Virus record (IMG/VR): IMGVR_UViG_3300028800_000087
Coordinates: 5,828-69,827 of that record
Reading direction: 5' to 3' (one strand)
Source: a virus
DNA length: 64,000 nt
Shown here: positions 26,819-35,737 of the stretch, one piece after another
Position numbering within the stretch: position 1 is the first letter of the stretch
Layout of the letters: every line of letters begins with the position of its first letter
Translations under genes and position numbers: made by a program
Notes under the pieces: generated by a model
Told to the model about the DNA's origin: nothing
The model's input: only the letters and a program-made list of their open reading frames with translations
Database searches by the model: none

Positions 26819-28800
26819 GCGATGGCGCGCTCATCACGAAGTATCGTCCCGCAGAGTGGGATGAGGTTGTTGGCAATGGGCGCGCGATCGACCATCTGCG
26901 CCGCGCCCTTGCCGCCGCAAGCAGCATGCCGCATTCGTTTCTGTTTACCGGGCCATCTGGGACCGGCAAGACAACGCTCGCGCGCATCATCGGCAAGGAG
27001 CTGAAGGCGGACATCGTTGAGATCGATGCGGCCAGCAATGCAGGCGTTGCCGATGCCCGACAGATCGTTGAGTTCGGCGAGCATGCATCCCTACATGGCG
27101 ATGGCAAGCGGCTGATCATCATCGATGAATGTTTTGCTGCCGGCAGTTTAGTGGATACCCCAAAAGGTGCGGTTCCAATAGAACAGCTACAAAAAGGGGA
27201 CGCAATCCTTGGCGCTCAAGGCGAAGCAAACATTGGGAAAATTATCAAAACGCGCGTCGAGTTGTCACGCATTGTCCAGTTGCGCTTGGCAACTGGACAG
27301 ACTATAGTTTGCTCCGAAGACCATCCTTTTCTTACGCCCCAAGGATGGATAGAGGCAAAAAATGTCCAATCAATATCAACACTTCGAGCCCAGCTATCAA
27401 CACCAGTGCTGCAAATGTGGGATAGCATTTATGAGCAACGGCGGTGGTTCCCGATGCTGTCAAACTTGCTCACGCAAGACTTGCCCGGTTTGCGGCGGGG
27501 GATATTGGAGTCGGGCAAACACCTGTTCCCGGATATGCGGCAACAAGATCGCGGCCAACAAACGAACTGGCCCGCGACCCGAGGACTGGAAACAATCAAT
27601 GCGGGTAGCGCAACAGAAGCGAGCGGCCAGCCCGAGGGGCAAAGAGTTAGCAGCTATGCATTCCGCGCGCATGACGCAAAACAATCCAATGCGCTTCCAA
27701 GCTGTTATACAAAAGATGATGGAAACCAAAAGCGCCAATGGAACATTGCGGCCCGTCAAACCCTGGCAAGGGGGCAACGGGCGAGGACCGACCACCCAAC
27801 AAGCTGCGATCCAAGCGGCGTTCCCGGGCAGCATTATGGAACTTGCTATTCGCACCGCGATGTTGGGTCCTCGCAAAACAACAGGATATCCCCATGCTTA
27901 CAAAGCAGACATAGCCTTTCCGGATATCAAGCTTGCGATCGAGATAGACGGGAGCACTCATCGATCAGCGGAAGGCCGCGTCCTCGATCAAAAGAAGGAC
28001 CAATGTCTTCAACAATTAGGGTGGAGAGTGTTGCGCATCTCCAACCGGCAGATATCCAGAGACTTCGACAAAGCGGTCAAACGCATCAAATCGGTGATAA
28101 GGAGTATGCGGACTTCTATGATCTTACAATCGACGGGCACCCATCCTTCTCAATCGAAGGATGCATAGTTCATAACTGCCATACCCTATCAAAGCCGGCA
28201 TGGCAGGCGTTGCTCAAGATACTCGAGGAACCGCCCCGCCATCTGTTCTTTGCGCTATGCACAACCGAGCTGGACAAGATCATCGAGACGGTCCGACAGC
28301 GCTGCTATCACTGCATCCTCAAGCCAGTCAGCCGCGAGGATACCCAAGACCTACTAGACGCAATCATTGCTGCTGAGCATATGCAGGTCAAGCCCGATGT
28401 GATGCAGATGATTGTGCAGGAATGCAACGGGTCACCGCGCAAGGCCATTTCCTTGTTACAGGTCGCGCATGATGCGCCCAACAAGGCCGAGGCGCAGCGC
28501 ATCATCAGCTTACAGGATGCATCCGACCCGCTGAAGGAACTGTTGCAGCTCTTTGTATCAGGCCGCAAGACATGGCCATTGGTCCGCGATCTGCTGCTCA
28601 AGATCAAGGAGCAGGACAGCTTCGAGGACTCGGTCATGCAGGCCGGCGGGTATATGGCTGCGGTCCTGATCAACCAGGAGGACGAGAAGCGGGCGCGCAT
28701 GGTCTGGCAGTTGTTGGATGCGCTGTTATTCCCGGTGACAACCTTTGACCGCAAGCAGCAGTTCATCGCCGCTGTTGGTCGCATGATGTGGGGAGGCTAA
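26815..28800 (+). CDS. Clamp loader (DnaX gamma/tau-like AAA+), intein-containing precursor
   Basis: KYRP.W.EVVGN, GPSGTGKTTLAR, EIDAASN, IIIDE|...|CH.LS..A..ALLK.LEEPP and GSPRKA motifs. Confidence 0.93.
   Translation: MSDGALITKYRPAEWDEVVGNGRAIDHLRRALAAASSMPHSFLFTGPSGTGKTTLARIIGKELKADIVEIDAASNAGVADARQIVEFGEHASLHGDGKRLIIIDECFAAGSLVDTPKGAVPIEQLQKGDAILGAQGEANIGKIIKTRVELSRIVQLRLATGQTIVCSEDHPFLTPQGWIEAKNVQSISTLRAQLSTPVLQMWDSIYEQRRWFPMLSNLLTQDLPGLRRGILESGKHLFPDMRQQDRGQQTNWPATRGLETINAGSATEASGQPEGQRVSSYAFRAHDAKQSNALPSCYTKDDGNQKRQWNIAARQTLARGQRARTDHPTSCDPSGVPGQHYGTCYSHRDVGSSQNNRISPCLQSRHSLSGYQACDRDRREHSSISGRPRPRSKEGPMSSTIRVESVAHLQPADIQRLRQSGQTHQIGDKEYADFYDLTIDGHPSFSIEGCIVHNCHTLSKPAWQALLKILEEPPRHLFFALCTTELDKIIETVRQRCYHCILKPVSREDTQDLLDAIIAAEHMQVKPDVMQMIVQECNGSPRKAISLLQVAHDAPNKAEAQRIISLQDASDPLKELLQLFVSGRKTWPLVRDLLLKIKEQDSFEDSVMQAGGYMAAVLINQEDEKRARMVWQLLDALLFPVTTFDRKQQFIAAVGRMMWGG
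27130..28176 (+). mobile_element. Intein, 349 aa, inserted in Walker B region (DE/CH)
   Basis: Block A CFAAGSLVDTPKG, block B CSEDHPFLT, block F FYDLTIDGHPSF, block G IVHN followed by Cys+1. Confidence 0.93.
27362..28168 (+). CDS. Zinc-finger + DUF559/Vsr-like endonuclease nested in the +1 frame of the intein
   Basis: 268 aa; CCKC, CQTC, CPVC and CSRIC motifs; NNPM; ADIAFPDIKLAIEIDGSTH...DQKKD..L...GWRVLR; GAGG just upstream of the ATG. Confidence 0.85.
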   Translation: MSNQYQHFEPSYQHQCCKCGIAFMSNGGGSRCCQTCSRKTCPVCGGGYWSRANTCSRICGNKIAANKRTGPRPEDWKQSMRVAQQKRAASPRGKELAAMHSARMTQNNPMRFQAVIQKMMETKSANGTLRPVKPWQGGNGRGPTTQQAAIQAAFPGSIMELAIRTAMLGPRKTTGYPHAYKADIAFPDIKLAIEIDGSTHRSAEGRVLDQKKDQCLQQLGWRVLRISNRQISRDFDKAVKRIKSVIRSMRTSMILQSTGTHPSQSKDA

Positions 28801-28801
28801 G

Positions 28802-29338
28802 TTGCCCATTTATATCTTTCACGAAGAAGACTATGTCCGGCTGCGCGATGGCCTCAAGAAAGGCATCGATGAGCTGCGGCTGGATGATGAGCTATTGCGA
28901 CAACCGGCATCCATGCAGGAGGTCGCGGAACACTGCGCGGGCGCGGTCAGGGATCGCGACATCTGCAAGCATGACCTGATCCTTGCGGAAGCGGAGGAGG
29001 CCAACAAACTCCGCCGGCTGACCGATGATAACGATAAGCCATTCTCGGAAGCCAGGGTCAACCGGGAACTGCCGTTGACCAAGTCAGTCCAGAAGGCAAC
29101 CGCCGTCATGGAGGATGCAGAGCATAGCGTCCGCATCTGGTCAGCGCTTACCGGCGCTTACAGCGACCTGGGCAGCGCTATCAGGCGCATCGCGGACCTA
29201 ACGACCGCCGGCTATCTGACGCCGTCCAGCGCCATGCGTGACCGGCGCGATGATATCAACGAGCTGCGCCAACAGATGAAGGAAAAGGAGGACCCCGATC
29301 CCCCCCTCAAGCAACGGGGCAGCCGTCGCAATGGATAG
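28802..29338 (+). CDS. Helical hypothetical protein, possibly a recombination mediator
   Basis: GGAGG RBS + TTG start; helical character; located before SSB and RecA (function inferred from position only). Confidence 0.6.
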   Translation: MPIYIFHEEDYVRLRDGLKKGIDELRLDDELLRQPASMQEVAEHCAGAVRDRDICKHDLILAEAEEANKLRRLTDDNDKPFSEARVNRELPLTKSVQKATAVMEDAEHSVRIWSALTGAYSDLGSAIRRIADLTTAGYLTPSSAMRDRRDDINELRQQMKEKEDPDPPLKQRGSRRNG

Positions 29339-29498
29339 TGCGCTCTCAGTTTTGAGCAGCGCTATCAGGCTGGGTCTGGGGGGTCTGGCCGCAATCCTAC
29401 TGGCGCTTCTATTGGTATATGCAGTCGTGCGCGTCGCGGGCGCTGCATGGAAGCGCAGCGTTGACCGCGACAATAACCCAAGGAGTGGAAATGGCTAA
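29331..29498 (+). CDS. 55-aa membrane protein (not in ORF track)
   Basis: MDSALSVLSSAIRLGLGGLAAILLALLLVYAVVRVAGAAWKR...; fills the gap, overlapping both neighbours. Confidence 0.5.
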   Translation: MDSALSVLSSAIRLGLGGLAAILLALLLVYAVVRVAGAAWKRSVDRDNNPRSGNG

Positions 29499-30792
29499 AG
29501 GGCGTTTTGAATATCGCGAGCGCGATGACAAGGACTGGGAGGATCGCGCCAATAATCAGGGGGCCGGTTTTACCAGCTTCATGAGCAATGAGTTCCGGAC
29601 CTATAGCCCGCAGAAGGGCGATAACTGGGTCCGCTTCATGCCGCCGACGTGGGAGGATGCGCGGCACTTCGGCCTGGATATCTTTGTCCATTACGGCATC
29701 GGCCCTGATCGCGGCGCAGTGCTTTGCCTTGCCAAGATGGGCGAGGAGGCAGAGAAGCGCGGCTTCGGCAACCGTTGTCCGATCTGCGAGGCCAGGACCA
29801 AGGCCAACCGGGCAGGGGATGAGGAGCTTGAGAAAGAACTCAAGTGGAATTACCGCGTCCTTTGCTGGGTTGTCGATATGAAGGATGAGGAACGCGGCCC
29901 GCTGCTCTGGTCCATGCCGCCCAGCCTGGACAAGAACTTCACAAAGCTGGCCAAGGACCGGCGATCTGGCCGGCTGCTGGTCATTGATCATCCCTGGGAC
30001 GGTTACAACGTCAGCTTTGATCGGTCAGGGGAACGGGATAGGACGCGCTATGAAGGGGAGCGCATCGACCGCGACCCATCCAGCGTCAATGAGGCCGACA
30101 TGGAATTTGTCGAGGATCATCCGTTGCCGGAGGTCCTGGTCTGGCGGGACTATGATGCGGTCAAGAAAATCTTCGACGGTGGGGTGCCACAAGATGATGA
30201 CGATAAAGATGCGCGGTCAGGAGGTGGTCGGCGCGATGCGCGTTCTCGCGATGATACTGATCGGGATCGCGGTTCCACTCGCGCTCGTGATAGCGGTGGT
30301 CGGGATGATGCTCGCTCTCGTGATGATGATGCTCGCAATCCCCGTGATCGCGATCGTACAACTCGCGATCGGGGTGGTGACGCTGACAGCCGGGACCGCG
30401 GTTCTGCTGATCGCCAGGGCGGTGACCGCGATCGGGGCGAGGATAGGTCGCGGGATCGGGAGGAAGCCCCCAGGGACCGCGCCAGCGGCCGGGACAGGGG
30501 CGATGATCGGGACCGGGAGACCCGGCGCGGTCGTGACGATGATCGGGAGGAGGCCAAGCCCAAGGAAGAGCCCTTGAAGCAACGGGGGGCCAGGGCGCGG
30601 GCAGCTGAGGAAGATAAGGCCAAGGATGAGCCGCCACCGCCCAATGATGATGATGCACGCGCCGGTCCGGCTGATGATGATCGCGGCCGGGATCGGGACA
30701 GGGGCCGAGATCGCGATGATACCCGCGACAGCGCCCGGTCGACATCCGCCAATCTCCGCGAGCGGTTCGGTAACCGCAACCGGGACCGCTAA
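29491..30792 (+). CDS. Single-stranded DNA-binding protein (T4 gp32-like) with long Arg/Asp tail
   Basis: GDNWVRFMPP, VHY, C...CPICE and IDHPWDGYN motifs; AAGGAG RBS; next to RecA. Confidence 0.75.
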   Translation: MAKGRFEYRERDDKDWEDRANNQGAGFTSFMSNEFRTYSPQKGDNWVRFMPPTWEDARHFGLDIFVHYGIGPDRGAVLCLAKMGEEAEKRGFGNRCPICEARTKANRAGDEELEKELKWNYRVLCWVVDMKDEERGPLLWSMPPSLDKNFTKLAKDRRSGRLLVIDHPWDGYNVSFDRSGERDRTRYEGERIDRDPSSVNEADMEFVEDHPLPEVLVWRDYDAVKKIFDGGVPQDDDDKDARSGGGRRDARSRDDTDRDRGSTRARDSGGRDDARSRDDDARNPRDRDRTTRDRGGDADSRDRGSADRQGGDRDRGEDRSRDREEAPRDRASGRDRGDDRDRETRRGRDDDREEAKPKEEPLKQRGARARAAEEDKAKDEPPPPNDDDARAGPADDDRGRDRDRGRDRDDTRDSARSTSANLRERFGNRNRDR

Positions 30793-30814
30793 CCACTAAA
30801 GAAGGGTTGACCAG

Positions 30815-31816
30815 ATGCCACGCGCCAGATTTGTCGAGCCGGAAGCGCCTCCCGCAGTTGAGTTCATAACAAGCGGAAGCTTGTTACTGGACCTGATCTT
30901 GGGAGGCGGCTGGGCGGTCGGGCGCGTGGCAAACATTGTCGGGGATGCAAGCAGCGGTAAGACGCTGCTTGTCATCGAGGCATGCGCCAACTTTGCCCAA
31001 CGCTGGGCGCCGGGCAATATCCGTTACGCGGAGTCAGAAGCGGCGTTCGATGTCGCCTATGCCGAAAGCCTGGGGATGCCCAAAGGGATCAGGCTTAGCA
31101 GCGAGGAAGAAACCACAACGCTGCGGACCGTTGAGGATTGGCACAACGACCTGAAAGCCTTTCTCAAAGATGCCGATGAGGGGCCAAAGCTTTACGCGCT
31201 GGATAGCTTCGATGGGCTGTCCGATGCGGCGGAACTGGCGGCTGACTTTGGCGCGGCCAGCTATGGCACCGGTAAGGCGCGGGATAGCTCCAAGATGCTG
31301 CGCCTTGTCACCGCCGATGTCAGGGATGCGCAATGCGCCATGCTGGTCATATCGCAGACGCGGGAAAACATTGGGGTGACGTTTGGCGAGAAGAAGACCC
31401 GATCGGGCGGCAAGGCGCTGCGGTTCTATTGCAGTCAGGAGATATGGCTGGCAGAGACCGGCAAGATTTACAGGGAATGGGATAAGGTCAAGCGGCCGAT
31501 TGGCGTTGAGGTGCTGGTCAACAATAAGAAGAACAAGATCAGCCTACCTTATCGGCGCGCGGAGATCAGCATCCTATTCGGCTATGGCGTCGATGATGAA
31601 ACCAGCAACGCGCAATGGTTGCAGGATAACAACGGCAAACTGCCATTCAAAAACATCACCGAGACCAAGGCCGAGATTGCGCGGTTTCGCCGCAATCAGG
31701 ACCGCGATGGGTTGCTTGATCTGGCGCGGGAACTGCGGGACAGCGTCAAACATCGTTGGGGCGATATCGAGGATGCGATGCGCCCGACCATGCGCAAGTA
31801 TCAGGCGGGGGGTTGA
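30815..31816 (+). CDS. recA: RecA/UvsX-like recombinase
   Basis: FITSGSLLLDLILGGG, GDASSGKT, ISQTR and SGGKALRFYCS motifs. Confidence 0.93.
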   Translation: MPRARFVEPEAPPAVEFITSGSLLLDLILGGGWAVGRVANIVGDASSGKTLLVIEACANFAQRWAPGNIRYAESEAAFDVAYAESLGMPKGIRLSSEEETTTLRTVEDWHNDLKAFLKDADEGPKLYALDSFDGLSDAAELAADFGAASYGTGKARDSSKMLRLVTADVRDAQCAMLVISQTRENIGVTFGEKKTRSGGKALRFYCSQEIWLAETGKIYREWDKVKRPIGVEVLVNNKKNKISLPYRRAEISILFGYGVDDETSNAQWLQDNNGKLPFKNITETKAEIARFRRNQDRDGLLDLARELRDSVKHRWGDIEDAMRPTMRKYQAGG

Positions 31817-31817
31817 G

Positions 31818-32381
31818 TTGCGCAGCGGCGGTGGGCACGCAAAGGGATCGGCCTGGGAGCGCGAGGTCGGCAAGCGGCTGTCCCTCTGGCTGACCAACAA
31901 TCAGCGGCCGGATATCTTCAGCCGCAACGTCCTGTCGGGCGGCTCGTTTACCATCACAGCCCAGCAAGGCAAGATGTCATCGCGCATGCCGGGCGATCTG
32001 ATGGCGGCGCACCCGCTGGCCTTCAACTTCCTGTCCAAGTATTCAATCGAGTGCAAGCATCTGGCCAGCCTGGGGCTTGAACAGTTCATTTACGATAGCC
32101 GGGGCAGCTCCATCCTCTATCAGATCAATTCCCTGGCCGATGGTCAGGCGCAGGCAATCGGATGCCGTTACCTGCTGATCGCCAAGCAGAACCATAAGGC
32201 GCCGCTGCTGATGTGCGGCGCGCGGACCGGGCAGCTCATCATGGATTGCTTTACCCTGGCAGCCAACAACAGCCGGCGCGGGGTCATCATGCCGCGCCAT
32301 CTGATCGTCAACCGTTGGTGGTTCATCATGGCGCTGGATGACTTCCTGCGTATAAACCCTGATGACTTCCTGAAGGTTTGA
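31818..32381 (+). CDS. Holliday junction resolvase-like PD-(D/E)xK nuclease
   Basis: KGSAWEREV, SGG, PGDL and SIECK motifs; TTG start right after the recA stop. Confidence 0.8.
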   Translation: MRSGGGHAKGSAWEREVGKRLSLWLTNNQRPDIFSRNVLSGGSFTITAQQGKMSSRMPGDLMAAHPLAFNFLSKYSIECKHLASLGLEQFIYDSRGSSILYQINSLADGQAQAIGCRYLLIAKQNHKAPLLMCGARTGQLIMDCFTLAANNSRRGVIMPRHLIVNRWWFIMALDDFLRINPDDFLKV

Positions 32382-32385
32382 CCCC

Positions 32386-33408
32386 ATGCCCATATTGACT
32401 GCCGACTGGCATCTGACCGATGCCCCAGAAGATGAATATCGCTGGCAGGTATTCGATCATCTGGCCAGACTGGTCAAGGATTACAACGATACCGAGGTTT
32501 GGGTTCTCGGGGACCTGACCGACCGCAAGGACAAGCATGGGCGCTTGCTGGTCAATCGGCTGGTGCAAGAGCTGGCCCAACTCCCGGCTTATGTTGAAAT
32601 CCTAATGGGCAACCATGATATGCCCTTGGATGGGACGCCATTTTGGTCATTCCTCAACAAGATCAAGAATGTAGAATATCATCCAAAGCCCCGCGCGATC
32701 CGCAATGATGCGCTGATGCTGCCCTATAGCGCCAACCCCAAGGCAGATTGGGAGGGCATAGACTTCAAGCGTTACAAATGCGTCCTGACGCATCAGACCT
32801 TTGCCGGCGCAACCGAGAACGGGCAGGAGTTTGGTACTGACAAGTTCGATGAGATCAGTTTCCCGCGCGGCGTCCAGTATTATGCCGGCGACATCCATAC
32901 AACCCAGCGGGTCAAGCTTGGCAACGCGGGCGCCAGCCTGCTCTATGTTGGCGCTCCGCATGTCATCAAATATGGTGACAGCTATCCGCCACAGATGGTG
33001 GTCATTGATGACCAGTATAAAGTAGTCAAGCAGGTCCCGATCCGGGGCATCCGCAAATGGATGATCCGGCTGGATGATCTGGCAAACCTGGACGCTATTA
33101 AGGTTTACAAAGGGGATATGGCCAAGGTCATCTATAGCCTGCCGATTGATCAAATGGACCGCTGGGGCGCCATGCAGGATCAAGTAACGGGCTGGGCGCG
33201 GCAGCATGGCGTTATCCTGGCATCCATCGAACCATCGATCCAGGCGACCAGCGTCCTCGGCGAGCGGCCGGACTTTGAAACAATGACCTGGGTGCCGGGC
33301 GGGCCAACGGAAACCTTGCGGGACTTTGCAGCGGCGGAAGAGATCGATGGCGCCACGCTGGACCTGGGGCTTGCGATGATTGAGGAGGCGCGCGGTGCGA
33401 CGGATTGA
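32386..33408 (+). CDS. Mre11/SbcD-like metallophosphoesterase nuclease
   Basis: ADWHL, LGDLTD, GNHD, THQ and GDIH motifs. Confidence 0.9.
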   Translation: MPILTADWHLTDAPEDEYRWQVFDHLARLVKDYNDTEVWVLGDLTDRKDKHGRLLVNRLVQELAQLPAYVEILMGNHDMPLDGTPFWSFLNKIKNVEYHPKPRAIRNDALMLPYSANPKADWEGIDFKRYKCVLTHQTFAGATENGQEFGTDKFDEISFPRGVQYYAGDIHTTQRVKLGNAGASLLYVGAPHVIKYGDSYPPQMVVIDDQYKVVKQVPIRGIRKWMIRLDDLANLDAIKVYKGDMAKVIYSLPIDQMDRWGAMQDQVTGWARQHGVILASIEPSIQATSVLGERPDFETMTWVPGGPTETLRDFAAAEEIDGATLDLGLAMIEEARGATD

Positions 33409-35194
33409 CCTTGCCCAAGTATCCATGCAGCGGTTCCGGTCGTTCCATGCGGCAACCATCGACCTATCCGTGGCGCCCGGCCTCAAGTTCATCGGGGGCG
33501 ATAACAAGACCCAGCCGCGCCTGGGGGCCAATGGTGCCGGCAAGTCAACGCTGTGGGATGCGGCGGTCTTCGCGCTGACCGGGCGCAGCGTCAAGGGCCT
33601 GCGCGCGGCTGATCTTGTTACCTGGGGCGAGAAACAACCCCAGGCCGGCGCCTACCTGATGATCGATGATGAACTGGTGGACGTCATTCGCCAAGGCTCC
33701 CCTGATCGCCTGACCTTGCAGGGCTTGCAGGTCGAGCAGGCAACCGTTGACCGCGCAATGGGGCTGACCCGGCTGCGCCTATTGCATGCCGTCATCTTTG
33801 GTCAGGGCGTCCCGCTGTTCATCGATCTATCGATGCCTGAGCGCGCCGCGCTGCTTGATGAGGTCTTGGACCTGCAAATATGGCTTGACCTGTCCGCCCA
33901 TGCCGCGCGCAAGGAAAAGGATGCGCGGGCGGATATGGACAAGATCGACAACGACATCAGCTTTGCAGAAGGCAAACTGGCCGGCATGCCATCGGCTGAC
34001 AATCTGCAAGCCAGGGCCGATGAATGGGATACCCAGCAGGATCAACGCGTTGAGCGCGCGATTGATGATGTAGAGAAAGAGGAAAAGCGCGCGGATGATT
34101 TAAGGCTCAAGGACAAGATGACAGAGGCTGCCTATGCAGCGACACCAAAGCTGGACCAGCGGCGCAAGGGCCTGGATCGCATGCGGGAAGACAAGGCGCG
34201 ATTGGAAGCTGATTATCGCGCGCTATTCAAAGCCAGGACTGAGGCAGAACAAGTCCTGGCCTTCTATAAGAAGAACAAGGTCTGCCCAACCTGTCGGCAG
34301 AAGATTGATGCCAACAACATTGTTCAGCATGTCCGCAAACATGGGGCAGACCTGGACCGCATCCAAGCCGATCTTGCCTTGAGCAACAACAACACCGTGC
34401 GCCTGACCGAAAGCATCAACCGCGAGGAAAACGACTACAACAAGGAACTGCGCAAGGTTGAGTTCCTGCGCGACAAATGGCAGCGCGAGAAAGCAGAAGC
34501 CGAGGCACAAGATCGGGTTATCCAGGGTGCGGCTGCCGTCGTTGAGCGGCTGGCTGATGAGCCCAATCCGTTCCTTGCTGACATTGAAAAGCTTGAGGCC
34601 GATCGCGCGGCGCTGACCAAGGCAATCCGCGCCTTGCACAGCCAGAAGCGCCGCGCCGGCAGTGCGGTCCTGCAATATGAATTCTGGGTGGCAGCCTATA
34701 AGCGCGTCCGGCTATTTGAGGTCCGCCGCGTCCTACAACAGTTAGAGATAGAGTCAGCTGCCGCTGCGCTATCGCTGGGCTTGGTTGGCTGGCGCATTGA
34801 GTTTGCGACTGAGACTGAGACCAAGTCGGGGACGTTGCGGCCTGGGGTGCAGATCATCGTTCATAGCCCGCAGGCGTCCGCAATCTGGGAGGCATGGTCG
34901 GGTGGGGAGGCGCAGCGGATCAAGCTGGCGGTCGCGATCGGCATGTCAAACATGATCCAGCGCGCGGCGGGGGTCCAGTTTGGGTTTGAGGTCTGGGATG
35001 AGCCGACCGCTTGGCTCTCCGACCTGGGTATAGAGGACCTGTTGACCATGCTTAAACATCGCGCCGATATCACCCAGAAGTCCATCTGGGTCTGCGATCA
35101 CCGGGCGCTGGCGCATGGGGCGTTCGATGAGGTCTGGATTGTCAGCAAGACGGAACAAGGATCAGCGATGGCGCTGGTCAGCAAAGCGGAGTAG
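33395..35194 (+). CDS. Rad50/SbcC-like ATPase
   Basis: NGAGKST Walker A, coiled coil with CPTC hook, WSGGE signature, WDEP, DH. Confidence 0.93.
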   Translation: MRRIDLAQVSMQRFRSFHAATIDLSVAPGLKFIGGDNKTQPRLGANGAGKSTLWDAAVFALTGRSVKGLRAADLVTWGEKQPQAGAYLMIDDELVDVIRQGSPDRLTLQGLQVEQATVDRAMGLTRLRLLHAVIFGQGVPLFIDLSMPERAALLDEVLDLQIWLDLSAHAARKEKDARADMDKIDNDISFAEGKLAGMPSADNLQARADEWDTQQDQRVERAIDDVEKEEKRADDLRLKDKMTEAAYAATPKLDQRRKGLDRMREDKARLEADYRALFKARTEAEQVLAFYKKNKVCPTCRQKIDANNIVQHVRKHGADLDRIQADLALSNNNTVRLTESINREENDYNKELRKVEFLRDKWQREKAEAEAQDRVIQGAAAVVERLADEPNPFLADIEKLEADRAALTKAIRALHSQKRRAGSAVLQYEFWVAAYKRVRLFEVRRVLQQLEIESAAAALSLGLVGWRIEFATETETKSGTLRPGVQIIVHSPQASAIWEAWSGGEAQRIKLAVAIGMSNMIQRAAGVQFGFEVWDEPTAWLSDLGIEDLLTMLKHRADITQKSIWVCDHRALAHGAFDEVWIVSKTEQGSAMALVSKAE

Positions 35195-35197
35195 CAG

Positions 35198-35737
35198 ATG
35201 AAAGCGTTTAGCCTGACCGAGTTGTTGACCGACCATCCCTATGCCAACGTCATGGTGATGGATGCGTTCGGCAACAAGGTAGAATGCACCGCCAGCCTTG
35301 AGGCCGGCGGCAACATGGTCGTCATCCGCCCAATCATGCAGGCATCGACCAAGGACCCGCTTACGCTTAACGGCTACCAGGACTATGCATGGGCCGAGGC
35401 TATCTACCCGGCGCGGGGGTCAGGGGCGCCTAGCAGCATTACAATTGCCTTGGCGGGGCTGGCAGGCGAGGCCGGGCGGGCGCTGCAAAAGCATCACGAC
35501 GTGATGATCGGTCTTGCGCCGGTTACTGCCGACAACAAGCAGGCAATCGCAACCGGGTTGGCGCATTGCATGTGGTATCTGGCGGCAACAGCGCGCGAGG
35601 TCGGGGTAACCCTGTCCGACCTGGGCAGGCAGAGCATCATGCAGGCCCGCGCTTGGCGCCGGCAACACGACCTGACCTTGGCGCAGGGGGATATGGGCGA
35701 GACCAAGCGCGGACGGCAGGCAGCGGAGCCACGATAA
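35198..35737 (+). CDS. MazG-like protein with degenerate acidic motifs
   Basis: LNGYQ..A...AIYP, GLAGEAG and MWYLA..A..VG..LSD match the MazG-like fold. Confidence 0.7.
   Translation: MKAFSLTELLTDHPYANVMVMDAFGNKVECTASLEAGGNMVVIRPIMQASTKDPLTLNGYQDYAWAEAIYPARGSGAPSSITIALAGLAGEAGRALQKHHDVMIGLAPVTADNKQAIATGLAHCMWYLAATAREVGVTLSDLGRQSIMQARAWRRQHDLTLAQGDMGETKRGRQAAEPR

Noticed and set aside
30170-30790. Repetitive DNA resembling an array
   Set aside because: No constant repeat-spacer period; explained by Arg/Asp low-complexity coding; not CRISPR
31383-31817. N-terminal 145 codons of ORF 31383-32381
   Set aside because: Overlaps recA out of frame; resolvase motifs start at TTG 31818
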